This document shows, piece by piece, positions 27,888 to 36,571 of a stretch of 64,000 nt of DNA. Within the stretch, counting starts at the first letter, position 1; each line of letters starts with the position of its first letter. Origin of the DNA: an uncultured Gammaproteobacteria bacterium (GTDB lineage: Bacteria > Patescibacteriota > Microgenomatia > JALYQM01). The notes under the pieces were generated by a model. The model saw only the letters and a program-made list of their open reading frames with translations. It ran no database searches and was not told the DNA's origin. The position numbers and the translations under genes were made by a program. Location of the stretch: NCBI GenBank assembly GCA_964403585.1, contig CAYOFQ010000001.1, positions 1,408,826 through 1,472,825 on the forward strand, given 5' to 3'.

Positions 27888-27921
27888 AATGCCTACTCTA
27901 TAGAGTAGGCATAAAATATCT
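27888..27921 (-). terminator. intrinsic terminator after the XRE-like gene / small TM ORF
   Basis: Minus strand: tgcctactcta-tagagtaggca followed by TTTTTTT. Confidence 0.45.
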
Positions 27922-28164
27922 AGCGATGGCTATAACCATCCCGCTTACATCACTAAGCCAAATAAGTTCAGTCAGATACACCATAAAATTTCTGTATAAT
28001 TCTAATATTATAAGATTCCTTAAGGCACAACACAAGTACGATAATCCCACTGTTATAAAAATAACATATATATTATAATAAATTATAACATTAATAACTG
28101 GTGTACTGCGATCATAATTGCAATCTATCTCTCCCTTTTTAAACAAATTCTTGTCCCAGGTCAT
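27898..28164 (-). CDS. small membrane protein (88 aa), overlaps the 3' end of the XRE-like gene
   Basis: Two predicted TM helices. Overlap of 26 nt with the upstream ORF. Very AT-rich. Confidence 0.3.
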   Translation of the reverse strand: MTWDKNLFKKGEIDCNYDRSTPVINVIIYYNIYVIFITVGLSYLCCALRNLIILELYRNFMVYLTELIWLSDVSGMVIAIARYFMPTL

Positions 28165-29206
28165 AATCCGTTAATATATATAATCCTGGATTTGCCTCCC
28201 AAATAGAAGTTAAATTAAGATAATCCCTATAAGCGACCGGATAAAGATATTGAGAATTTGGCATTGTATAGTATGGGATAGCATCCGGAACCTTCTTAAC
28301 ATTAATCTCGGCTTCTGCCAGCATGTCTAAAACAAATGAAAAAACTATAGCATAAATAATTCTTACTCTTCTTCTTCTAGCAATATTACATATAAAATTA
28401 AAACCTTTTCTACAAATAATTGAATTATATTGCCAAGCCCAATTAGGGATAACTAGTCTATCCAGCTCACCTATTTCGCTTATCGACAATTGTAAATGTT
28501 CGTGAGGCCAACCATATGGAAGATCCATAAGCTCCATAATACTTAGTGGGCTTCGAGTCTCTGAATTGCCTTGCAAAAAACGAATTGTTGTAGAAAGATA
28601 TTCTCTTCCTGTATTCGGGTCAGTTGTGACACCAATAATTTCATCAGAAAAGGAATTATTAGAATAGGGATCCTTTAATAATTCCTCAAAGTAGTGTTCA
28701 GGAGGTTTTTGCATTGAAGTGCTTGTTGCATAATAGCCAGCCTGGGCACAGTTAGCTTGAAAGGACCAAAAGTTTTTAATCTTTTCGTCGCTAATCTCAC
28801 GAAGGGTATAAAATTGAATATTTTCGGAAGTTATTAATGTATTATTAAATATTGAACTTGGCTCAATTAGTTGTGAGTATTTAGAATAAGGCGACAACAT
28901 TCTATTCGTATATCCCATCTCAAGTTTCTCTTCATCATTCAGCCCTCTTAAACCAAGTGAAAGCAGTATTTCATCAGCATTGTCTAACTCTGTTATAGCA
29001 CCATTATTAATGAATATCTTTATCAAAGCTAAAATTATTCTACGATCTTTTGGAACACGTTCTCCATTCTTCCATTTAGAAAATATACTATCCTCATAGA
29101 CAAAACCCTCTTCAGCTAAAGCCGACCCAAATTTCCCGTAAGTATCTAATCCTGCTTTAAGGCGATAATAATTAAATAACTCTCCAAAATTTTTATTCGT
29201 GTTCAT
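28139..29206 (-). CDS. XRE-family helix-turn-helix domain protein with about 290-aa uncharacterised C-terminal domain
   Basis: N-terminal FGELFNYYRLKAGL...FGSAL...SKWKNGERVP fits the HTH_XRE pattern. The remainder is unknown. Confidence 0.55.
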   Translation of the reverse strand: MNTNKNFGELFNYYRLKAGLDTYGKFGSALAEEGFVYEDSIFSKWKNGERVPKDRRIILALIKIFINNGAITELDNADEILLSLGLRGLNDEEKLEMGYTNRMLSPYSKYSQLIEPSSIFNNTLITSENIQFYTLREISDEKIKNFWSFQANCAQAGYYATSTSMQKPPEHYFEELLKDPYSNNSFSDEIIGVTTDPNTGREYLSTTIRFLQGNSETRSPLSIMELMDLPYGWPHEHLQLSISEIGELDRLVIPNWAWQYNSIICRKGFNFICNIARRRRVRIIYAIVFSFVLDMLAEAEINVKKVPDAIPYYTMPNSQYLYPVAYRDYLNLTSIWEANPGLYILTDYDLGQEFV

Positions 29207-29367
29207 AAGTGTTATTAAAAAGATATTACTTGAATATTATATTAAGGTCAATAATTCAGCAAAAACCCTCCTCCGTGACTCACCTCACAGACAACTTTGT
29301 CCAAAAATTAGACAATTTTGTCATTCACCTCCCCATTATATGTCTATAAAATAAGGATAAAGCAGAT

Positions 29368-29670
29368 ATGCAAGAATATATCCAGAACCAAATTCAAAAA
29401 TACCAACACACACAACCCGATGGGAAGCAGGAATGTTTTTTGCATATCTGCCGAGAAACACTGGAGTACTACTACAAAGGAATGGTTTCCGAAAAAGACA
29501 TTGTTACCGTAATGGAAGCTTTTCTGCAATTTAAAGAACTTCTTTCGGATAAATATACCCGCCACATTATTGGCACTGCCGGAATGCTCGAGATGCCGGA
29601 AGAATTCGCTATAAAATCTCACCAAGAAATTATTTCTGAGTTGGCTCAAATTACTGCAATAGCGCACTAA
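29368..29670 (+). CDS. hypothetical protein (100 aa)
   Basis: ORF with a plausible start. No motif. Confidence 0.35.
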   Translation: MQEYIQNQIQKYQHTQPDGKQECFLHICRETLEYYYKGMVSEKDIVTVMEAFLQFKELLSDKYTRHIIGTAGMLEMPEEFAIKSHQEIISELAQITAIAH

Positions 29671-29954
29671 TGAATTCAAAAATAAGCCCATAGTAATTGA
29701 TTTTACATTAAAAAACTGCTATAATACTCTATCGTTTTAGTTACGGCCAGTACGCTGGCCTGCTAACTATAATGGTCTGAGTTTAAACCAAACTCAGCAA
29801 GTTCCTTAACAGATAGAAGCAGAAAAAAACGTAAGCGGCTAAATTGAACTCAAAACAATTTGAATTCAGCTCAGCCGCTTACTAAAGCAAGACAAACTGA
29901 CGGCGTTGTGCCGTAGCTTGCTGACTGTAACCGGCCGAAAGGAGTTCAGAGCTT

Positions 29955-30365
29955 ATGACAATTAGCTCTGCGATTCTGATCGCCAGCACACTACTGACGA
30001 TCATTCAGGGAATGTTTGGTTTTGCTACACACTACACAATGCCGACCACGAGCTCACTGCAAAACACCGTCCACGCGTCCGCCATTCAGTCTGTCCCGAC
30101 TACCAACACAGTCACTAACGCATCGCCTGACAGGGAATACCCAATCACCACCACTCGCCCCTGCGAAATCCGCAAGGTCAGTGCTAGCGTCGATGGTGAC
30201 GGCTGGGTCGGAGAGCTTACGCTCGGCGGGCTGATTTACGCGGTATATGGGTATTCAACCTCGCCTTTCGAAGGCTCGTGCGAACTAGAGTCAATCTACT
30301 ACGGATACCGCACCAGCTACACGATCGTCGAATCCAAAGCACGATTCCCCATGTACTTCTTCTGA
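29955..30365 (+). CDS. small secreted Cys-containing protein (136 aa), paralog of 30444-30782
   Basis: N-terminal hydrophobic signal. Shared C...DGxW...G...G...C...Y pattern with the next ORF. GC-richer than surroundings. Confidence 0.4.
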   Translation: MTISSAILIASTLLTIIQGMFGFATHYTMPTTSSLQNTVHASAIQSVPTTNTVTNASPDREYPITTTRPCEIRKVSASVDGDGWVGELTLGGLIYAVYGYSTSPFEGSCELESIYYGYRTSYTIVESKARFPMYFF

Positions 30366-30388
30366 CCCTGGCAAGAATCAAGTTTAGC

Positions 30389-30431
30389 CCGACACGCGGC
30401 GGAAGCTGCGCATACGCTCGTCGCGTGTCGG
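30389..30431. repeat. GC-rich palindromic repeat unit, copy 1 (CCGACACGCGGCGGAAGC...CGTCGCGTGTCGG)
   Basis: Imperfect about 43-nt inverted repeat immediately 3' of gene 29955-30365. The same arms recur at 30817-30863. Confidence 0.5.
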
Positions 30432-30443
30432 ATAGGAGAAATC

Positions 30444-30782
30444 ATGCTCAACGCAATATCCGCATTGGTGCTGGTTCTAAACCTACTTGCGAGCCTTTAC
30501 GGCAACATTACTCCTAACCAGCAACGCCAAGACATTGTGATAACCACTCCTGCCAACTCACCCGAAAAGATCGTCGATTTCTCGGCACCATGCACGGTAT
30601 CAGGTTCAAAAGAAAACAACGACGGAACGTGGACGGCAAGCATTGATATGGGGTACGGTCCAGATGTAGTCGAGGGATGGGGTTTCGGTCCATTTGATGG
30701 CAATGCCATCTGCCACACCTTTCCCACAAAATACATCTTGGAGGGTAATACCATCTTCTATTACGGCTCACCTCTGCGTTAA
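30444..30782 (+). CDS. small secreted Cys-containing protein (112 aa), paralog of 29955-30365
   Basis: Signal peptide MLNAISALVLVLNLLASLYG. Conserved Cys/Gly/Trp pattern. Confidence 0.4.
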   Translation: MLNAISALVLVLNLLASLYGNITPNQQRQDIVITTPANSPEKIVDFSAPCTVSGSKENNDGTWTASIDMGYGPDVVEGWGFGPFDGNAICHTFPTKYILEGNTIFYYGSPLR

Positions 30783-30816
30783 CAACCATTCTTAACAAGT
30801 AGCTTCTCCTAACCAA

Positions 30817-30863
30817 CCGACACGCGGCGGAAGCCTGCGAACCATGCGTTCGTCGCGTGTCGG
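30817..30863. repeat. GC-rich palindromic repeat unit, copy 2
   Basis: CCGACACGCGGCGGAAGC...CGTTCGTCGCGTGTCGG, 3' of gene 30444-30782. Confidence 0.5.
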
Positions 30864-30969
30864 CCCCGGCCATTACCAATTACTTGCTAAAAAATTTCTG
30901 CTTCTATCTCCCCAAAAATTAATTTCAATTTCAAACCAAACTTGCAATAACAGAGTATAATATAGCCAG

Positions 30970-32484
30970 ATGAAGATCCTGGATAAAAACAATATCTGGT
31001 TACTACTCATCCTGGAATCCGCGCTCGCCACACTCCTGATTATCGTGGGACCGTACTTCCCGTTCTTCGGACTCGGCCTCTCACTCGCCATACTCTCAAC
31101 TACCGTATATTTTTTCCAAAAAGAACGCACCCGGTTTCATAAAGTACTGTACATACTAACACTCCTGCTTTCCTTCTGCCTTTTTTATCGGGCAAATCCC
31201 GGCTTAACTGCATACAACGTGCTTGCCATCATTTTTCTGGGATCATTTATGGCCTGGCCACATGCAAACGGCATGCCTACCAGTTTTATTAACTTTATCG
31301 TTGCCCCACTAAATGCCTTTTTTCAGGGTATCCGAACCAAAAGTTCGTATTCCTTTAATGACACCTTCCTCAAAAAAGATACCCCGCTTAAAAAAATTGC
31401 CGTTACTGAAATTGGTAAATCACTGGCCATTACCATCCTCATACTTGCCGTAATTATTCCATTGCTCGCAACGGCCAATCCGTTCTTCGCTGATTTAATC
31501 GGAAACATCATTACGTTTTTTAACATTGAAAAAATACTCGAATCGTTATTCAAAAACTATGTATTATGGTTCTTCCGCGGCATTGTTTTCCTTGTACTCG
31601 CATTCTGGATACCCAGGTTTGTCAGCTACAGCGCGTCGGCAACTACCGAAACAAAACCGCTCAATTTTCTGGCATCAGTACAATTGCTCTTACCTAAAAT
31701 TATTGTAGCCCTTGTCCTGGGGATATTTTTTATTACTCAAGCACAACTATACACCGCATCCTCCGACACACTTGCCCGGCTCGGCTATTTAAATTACCAG
31801 TACGCACGCGAAGTCTTTGGACAATTACTGATTGTTGCCGGAATTATTGGAGTACTCTTGTACAATGATCGAACTAACACTAAGTGGTCAAGAATACTAA
31901 CGTATCTTCTTTCATTTGAAGTAGTCATGCTTGCTTTCGCCGCGCTCAAAAGTGTCTTCGACTACACCGTCACCTACGGACTGACATTTAAAAGAATTGA
32001 AGGATATATTGGAGTTGTCTGGATCACCGGAGTAGTAGCACTATTTTTATATCGCTATACAAAGAATCTTTCCGACTCCTTCTTTGTCAAAGCAGTAATT
32101 GTATTTAGTGCACTTGAACTGATCGCTGTTAACTGTTTAAATATCGACCGGATGATCTACGATTATAATCGTAACCTTTCCGCCCGCGAAGTGGATTCTG
32201 AATATCTTAGCGGGTTGTCCAGTGATGCCATGGCCTATCAAGAACTGTGGAAACTAACCGAGGAACGAAATAAAAAAATTCTAATGGGCAATCCCGGGTA
32301 CCTACCCAACGATTATAGGTACAGTGCCTACCGGTATCCCCTCCTCATGAACATTGAATATCTGCAGAAAAAATACCGCCAACCGGATTTCCGCACATTC
32401 AATCTTTCTGAATACGCGCAGTATCGGCAAATCAGGGATATTAAAATTCCTGAGCAGGAACTCAAACCCGAAAATTACTATTAA
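30970..32484 (+). CDS. large polytopic membrane protein (504 aa), unknown function
   Basis: About 12 hydrophobic helices. No catalytic motif recognised. Confidence 0.5.
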   Translation: MKILDKNNIWLLLILESALATLLIIVGPYFPFFGLGLSLAILSTTVYFFQKERTRFHKVLYILTLLLSFCLFYRANPGLTAYNVLAIIFLGSFMAWPHANGMPTSFINFIVAPLNAFFQGIRTKSSYSFNDTFLKKDTPLKKIAVTEIGKSLAITILILAVIIPLLATANPFFADLIGNIITFFNIEKILESLFKNYVLWFFRGIVFLVLAFWIPRFVSYSASATTETKPLNFLASVQLLLPKIIVALVLGIFFITQAQLYTASSDTLARLGYLNYQYAREVFGQLLIVAGIIGVLLYNDRTNTKWSRILTYLLSFEVVMLAFAALKSVFDYTVTYGLTFKRIEGYIGVVWITGVVALFLYRYTKNLSDSFFVKAVIVFSALELIAVNCLNIDRMIYDYNRNLSAREVDSEYLSGLSSDAMAYQELWKLTEERNKKILMGNPGYLPNDYRYSAYRYPLLMNIEYLQKKYRQPDFRTFNLSEYAQYRQIRDIKIPEQELKPENYY

Positions 32485-32490
32485 AAAAAA

Positions 32491-33468
32491 TTACAATTGC
32501 AAATAACCTTTTTGGGGCGAAGCAGCATCGGATTGCAGTACAAAATACAACTCATGACTATCCGTATACGATCGGGGTATCTCAAAAATTAACGCATTGC
32601 TGGTATACTGTTTTGGCTTCAAATCCGTCAAGGTAGTCAAACTTTCATCCAAAGCCCCCGAATCAACATCAATTCGCTTTCGTTTCTTATCCATGATCGC
32701 AAAAGTACGTAAATCACCCTCGGAAGTCGTAATCACCTGTACCGTATCACTGGTATTCTGCAATGTATAGTAAATCAATAACGCCTGATTACCTTCATCA
32801 ATCTGGGCCCCACTTCCTTCCTGGAGATCATTAAATTCCTCACTACTCATCATCTGGAAACCGGTAACAGTAAAACGAACTGAATCGTTTAGCAAAATAG
32901 CAGTATCTTTAGGAATTTGTTCGTATTGCGCGAACGCGGCAGTCGAACTACGGGATCCCTGAAACAAAGCTATCGTCGAACTTACTATTCCCATACGATA
33001 CGCAAGCCAACCTCCCGTAACCAGAAATAACGCAACTATCCCAACCATCACGGCTTTCTTACTCACCTTCACCGGTTCTTTCAAACTATCATTAACATAC
33101 CGTGGCATCGACAGACGCGATTGAACAGGTTTAACACTTGGTGGAGTATAGGAACGCGGATCAGCATACTGTTGCGAAGCAAATACTCTGGGTTGTGGAG
33201 GCGTATACGGTTGTATAACCGGAGGAGCAGCAAACGCAGATATATCTCCATGCGGCTCAACCGGAGGTTCAGTTAATGTTACCGTTTCACCGGTTGCAAA
33301 TGCATCAGTAGAGACATCGTTAGCCGGCAGTTGTTTATCTGCTTCAACAAACCCTAGCAAAATCTGATCATTGCTGTAGCCTTTTTTTACCAGCAAATCA
33401 ATAATCTGATCATTTGTTGCCCCGAGTCGTCGGGCTTCTAAAATGAAGTTGAGCAGCCGTTGATCCAT
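32491..33468 (-). CDS. membrane-anchored protein with cytoplasmic N-terminal helical domain, Pro-rich linker and extracytoplasmic C-terminal domain
   Basis: Single TM (AVMVGIVALFLVTGGWLAY) in the middle of a 325-aa ORF. Pro-rich segment PPVIQPYTPPQP. Confidence 0.4.
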   Translation of the reverse strand: MDQRLLNFILEARRLGATNDQIIDLLVKKGYSNDQILLGFVEADKQLPANDVSTDAFATGETVTLTEPPVEPHGDISAFAAPPVIQPYTPPQPRVFASQQYADPRSYTPPSVKPVQSRLSMPRYVNDSLKEPVKVSKKAVMVGIVALFLVTGGWLAYRMGIVSSTIALFQGSRSSTAAFAQYEQIPKDTAILLNDSVRFTVTGFQMMSSEEFNDLQEGSGAQIDEGNQALLIYYTLQNTSDTVQVITTSEGDLRTFAIMDKKRKRIDVDSGALDESLTTLTDLKPKQYTSNALIFEIPRSYTDSHELYFVLQSDAASPQKGYLQL

Positions 33469-33517
33469 AATTGAGAAAAGTTCCCTACTCAGTTACTATA
33501 ATAAAGAAGAGCTTAGT

Positions 33518-35515
33518 ATGGCAAGTAAAAGAATACCGTCCCATCTTATTATATTTGCTGGAATGTCGTTTGTCATAACCCTTATACTGGGGATTGCTTC
33601 TGTAAGTAAACCGTTAATAAGTCTTTACGATCTGACAGTATCCGATAAATCTGCAGCAGCCGAAACCAATACGTTGTCCAATTCATCATTCGAATCCGGT
33701 GGCAGCCCTATTTCCAACTGGACATTAAGCATGCACGGCAGTGCCGTAGCAACGCTTTTACAGGATAGCTCAACAAAAACCGACGGAAATTATTCGGCCA
33801 AAATAAACGTCACTGCTACCGGATCACGTTCCGACGGACAATTTTATCAATTCTCACCGCTGGTAAACGGAAAAACCTATACCATTAAATTCGCTGCCAA
33901 AGCTTCATCAAACCGGGTCATTGAATTTAAAATGGATAAAGCCAGCACTTCAGTTAACTACTTCGAAGCCACTATGAACCTCACAACATCATGGCAGAAT
34001 TTTTCCTATCAGTTCACATCACTGCAGGACGACGGAAATCCACGTTATGAATTTAACCTTGGAGACCAAACGGGCCAGGTCTGGTTTGATAACGCCACCT
34101 TAAATATGGTTATACCGGATACTCCGGCACCAACTCCAACCCGTACACCCACACCTACCCCCACCCCAATCCCAACACCTACCCGCACCCCAACTCCGGT
34201 TCCAGTAACAACCGCACCAACCCCAACTCGGACTCCCACACCGGTACCAATTGTCACCACCACACCGGTCCCCACTGTTGTTCGTACCCCCACTCCTGCA
34301 CCAATAGCTACCACTCCACCCCCACAACAAACACCACCACCGGATACAACCGACCCGTATACCCCACCACCAATAAGTACCGGTAATAACAATAGTGAAT
34401 TCGATCCTCCGGATTATGAGGATTCATCATTTACAGCAACTACCAATAGTTCACCAAGCTATATTACGGTCAGCAAAACAAGTATCATCGATTCCGTAGA
34501 CCGTAACAATGCAGTTGGAACAAAAGTCTACGGACCGGGATTCAATGTCACCAGCAACGGCGCATCGATGATTAATATCAAATACCTCTCCTCAGTCGCA
34601 GGTGTTGGATTCGAACCGGCAAATACATTGATATCTAATGGTCAAACCAAGACAATTCGATCATACATCACGACGTCCAAACCCAATGGATCATACCGAG
34701 GTGAAGCGATTGTCGAATATTATAGAGACGCCGTGTGGTACAACGGCGCCACTATCGAATACGAATTGACACTCACTGGAAACAAGCCTGCTTCACAAAC
34801 CACCCAAACTATTTTTGTACCGGAAAATCCAACTATCAGTACCTTCAATAACTCCACGTTAAGTATTATTAATCCTGCCAAAGACCAGCAATTCCTGGCC
34901 GGGCAAGCCTTACCTATCAAATGGAACCTTACCTCAACAACCAAAACCGCACAAACTGCCTTACTTATGCAAAAAGAATCCGGGGCTATTATTAGTACCA
35001 TCACCAATGAAATAGCCAGTAATCAGGGTACCAATACCTTCCCCTGGAAAGTACCGCAACTTTTCCCGGGCGATTACAAAATTGCCGTAACCACCGATCA
35101 GGATTTGGCTGCTACTTCCAATAATTTTACCGTTGGTTCACGCATCATCATTTATGCCGCCGGTACACCATTTAACGGCATCTATCCGACCATGCAATTA
35201 ACTCTCAACAATAAAATAGCTAAAACATATTACGGGGTTCAGGGAGATAGCAAAAATAGATTGTTTTCACAATATTATTTCTATTTACCAACCAAAATAA
35301 TTCCCGCCAACGTCAAAATCGCTTTCTTAAACGATGAATTTAATTCTCCGGAAAATGACCGTAATCTTATTATCGATAAAATAAACATCGACGGCCGGGA
35401 TTACGAAACTGAAGACAAAAGCGTTATTTTTACACCGAACGGTGAGAATAATCAGTGCAAATCAGGCCAGGTTCAAAACGAATGGTTACAGTGTACCGGG
35501 TTCATCAACTTCTAA
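33518..35515 (+). CDS. large secreted surface protein with CBM_4_9-like carbohydrate-binding domain and Pro/Thr-rich repeat linker
   Basis: Signal anchor. NSSFESG...W...G...DGNYSAKI...G.YT.KFAAKAS pattern typical of CBM4/9/22-like beta-sandwich modules. About 90-aa PT repeat. Confidence 0.55.
   Translation: MASKRIPSHLIIFAGMSFVITLILGIASVSKPLISLYDLTVSDKSAAAETNTLSNSSFESGGSPISNWTLSMHGSAVATLLQDSSTKTDGNYSAKINVTATGSRSDGQFYQFSPLVNGKTYTIKFAAKASSNRVIEFKMDKASTSVNYFEATMNLTTSWQNFSYQFTSLQDDGNPRYEFNLGDQTGQVWFDNATLNMVIPDTPAPTPTRTPTPTPTPIPTPTRTPTPVPVTTAPTPTRTPTPVPIVTTTPVPTVVRTPTPAPIATTPPPQQTPPPDTTDPYTPPPISTGNNNSEFDPPDYEDSSFTATTNSSPSYITVSKTSIIDSVDRNNAVGTKVYGPGFNVTSNGASMINIKYLSSVAGVGFEPANTLISNGQTKTIRSYITTSKPNGSYRGEAIVEYYRDAVWYNGATIEYELTLTGNKPASQTTQTIFVPENPTISTFNNSTLSIINPAKDQQFLAGQALPIKWNLTSTTKTAQTALLMQKESGAIISTITNEIASNQGTNTFPWKVPQLFPGDYKIAVTTDQDLAATSNNFTVGSRIIIYAAGTPFNGIYPTMQLTLNNKIAKTYYGVQGDSKNRLFSQYYFYLPTKIIPANVKIAFLNDEFNSPENDRNLIIDKINIDGRDYETEDKSVIFTPNGENNQCKSGQVQNEWLQCTGFINF
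34110..34380 (+). repeat. low-complexity tandem repeat encoding a (PTPTRTPTP)n linker
   Basis: Repeated cc(a/g)ac(t/c)cc(a/g)ac units in the sequence. Creates Gly/Trp-rich spurious antisense ORFs. Confidence 0.5.
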
Positions 35516-36537
35516 CTCCACAATTGAAAGAACCCCTTCAACTGTTCTACCAGATGCGGATCCTCGGTACGCATACAAATCTCTTCTGTTCCCAATAACA
35601 CGCCTTGCTCGACAAAATTGTGCGAACCAAATAATCCAATCTTACCGTCTACAATAATTAGTTTGGCATGCACCGTTTTAAGTAAATGCGTAAAATAGAT
35701 ATTTTGGTTCCCCATCACCCGCTTTTTAAAAACATCATAAAAATATTTCTGCGGATACGACTTAAACTGTTTCTCATTACGTGATGAAGTAACAATGCGA
35801 ACCGGAATACCTTTGGCCGCCTTCTGCAAAAATATCTCCAACAATACACCTTCCGGAACTATCTGCGAAATAAATTCTATAGATTCCCGGGCACTTCGTA
35901 CATCTTCAAGTGCCATATCGTAAATAAGAGATTCACCATTTTTACCGCTATCAACAATAAACCGGTATCCTTCTGCACAGTCAATTGAATAATTCTGCTT
36001 TGGCCGACGTTCATTAACTTGTTCAAACTGAGAAATAAAAGCAGATACAACGCGGGGATCTTCAAATCGAACCATAAAATCTACATTTTCGAAAGCTTCA
36101 TCATAAAGATTCATTCCCCCCATCCAGCCAACATTGTCTGAAATATACAACTTGGTATGATTTCTTCTGTATATTGGAAACAAACGGGCAATAATTAATG
36201 GTGAATTAAGAATGGTAACTCTAATACCCTCTTTCCGAAGTTGCGCAAAGAAATTTTCGTTCGCTTTGTGGACCTGATCTGCATATGCGCGCTTCTTCAA
36301 ATCAAACTGCGGCCCCATTCGCAAATCACCGTCCACATACTGACTGGAATTCCAATCTACCTGAAACCGCACATCACAACCACGGCGTGCTGCCGCGATT
36401 AACACTTCTGTTAAGCGATCCGATACTGCTCCAACTTCAAACACCATTGCCTGAATCCAGACACGCTGAGTCGCTTTACTCGCATGCAGAATATAATCAT
36501 CCAAAAACTCGTGAGGATTTTGCAAAACGGGAGGCAT
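35512..36537 (-). CDS. phospholipase D-family protein with two HKD motifs (cardiolipin/phosphatidyl-transfer synthase-like)
   Basis: HTKLYISDNVGWMGGMNL and HAKLIIVDGKIGLFGSHNF (HxKx4D...GSxN). Confidence 0.8.
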   Translation of the reverse strand: MPPVLQNPHEFLDDYILHASKATQRVWIQAMVFEVGAVSDRLTEVLIAAARRGCDVRFQVDWNSSQYVDGDLRMGPQFDLKKRAYADQVHKANENFFAQLRKEGIRVTILNSPLIIARLFPIYRRNHTKLYISDNVGWMGGMNLYDEAFENVDFMVRFEDPRVVSAFISQFEQVNERRPKQNYSIDCAEGYRFIVDSGKNGESLIYDMALEDVRSARESIEFISQIVPEGVLLEIFLQKAAKGIPVRIVTSSRNEKQFKSYPQKYFYDVFKKRVMGNQNIYFTHLLKTVHAKLIIVDGKIGLFGSHNFVEQGVLLGTEEICMRTEDPHLVEQLKGFFQLWS

Positions 36538-36571
36538 AACTAAAATGATACCATGCTTTTCTGTAGACCTG

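Noticed and set aside
30389-30863. Integron attC sites flanking small promoterless cassettes
   Set aside because: The two palindromic repeats lack the R''/R' core (RYYYAAC...GTTRRRY) and are only about 45 nt. No integrase is present.
34045-34392. Gly/Trp/Cys-rich minus-strand ORFs (115 and 76 aa)
   Set aside because: Antisense to the Pro/Thr-repeat linker of the surface protein; an artefact of the repetitive CCN codons.
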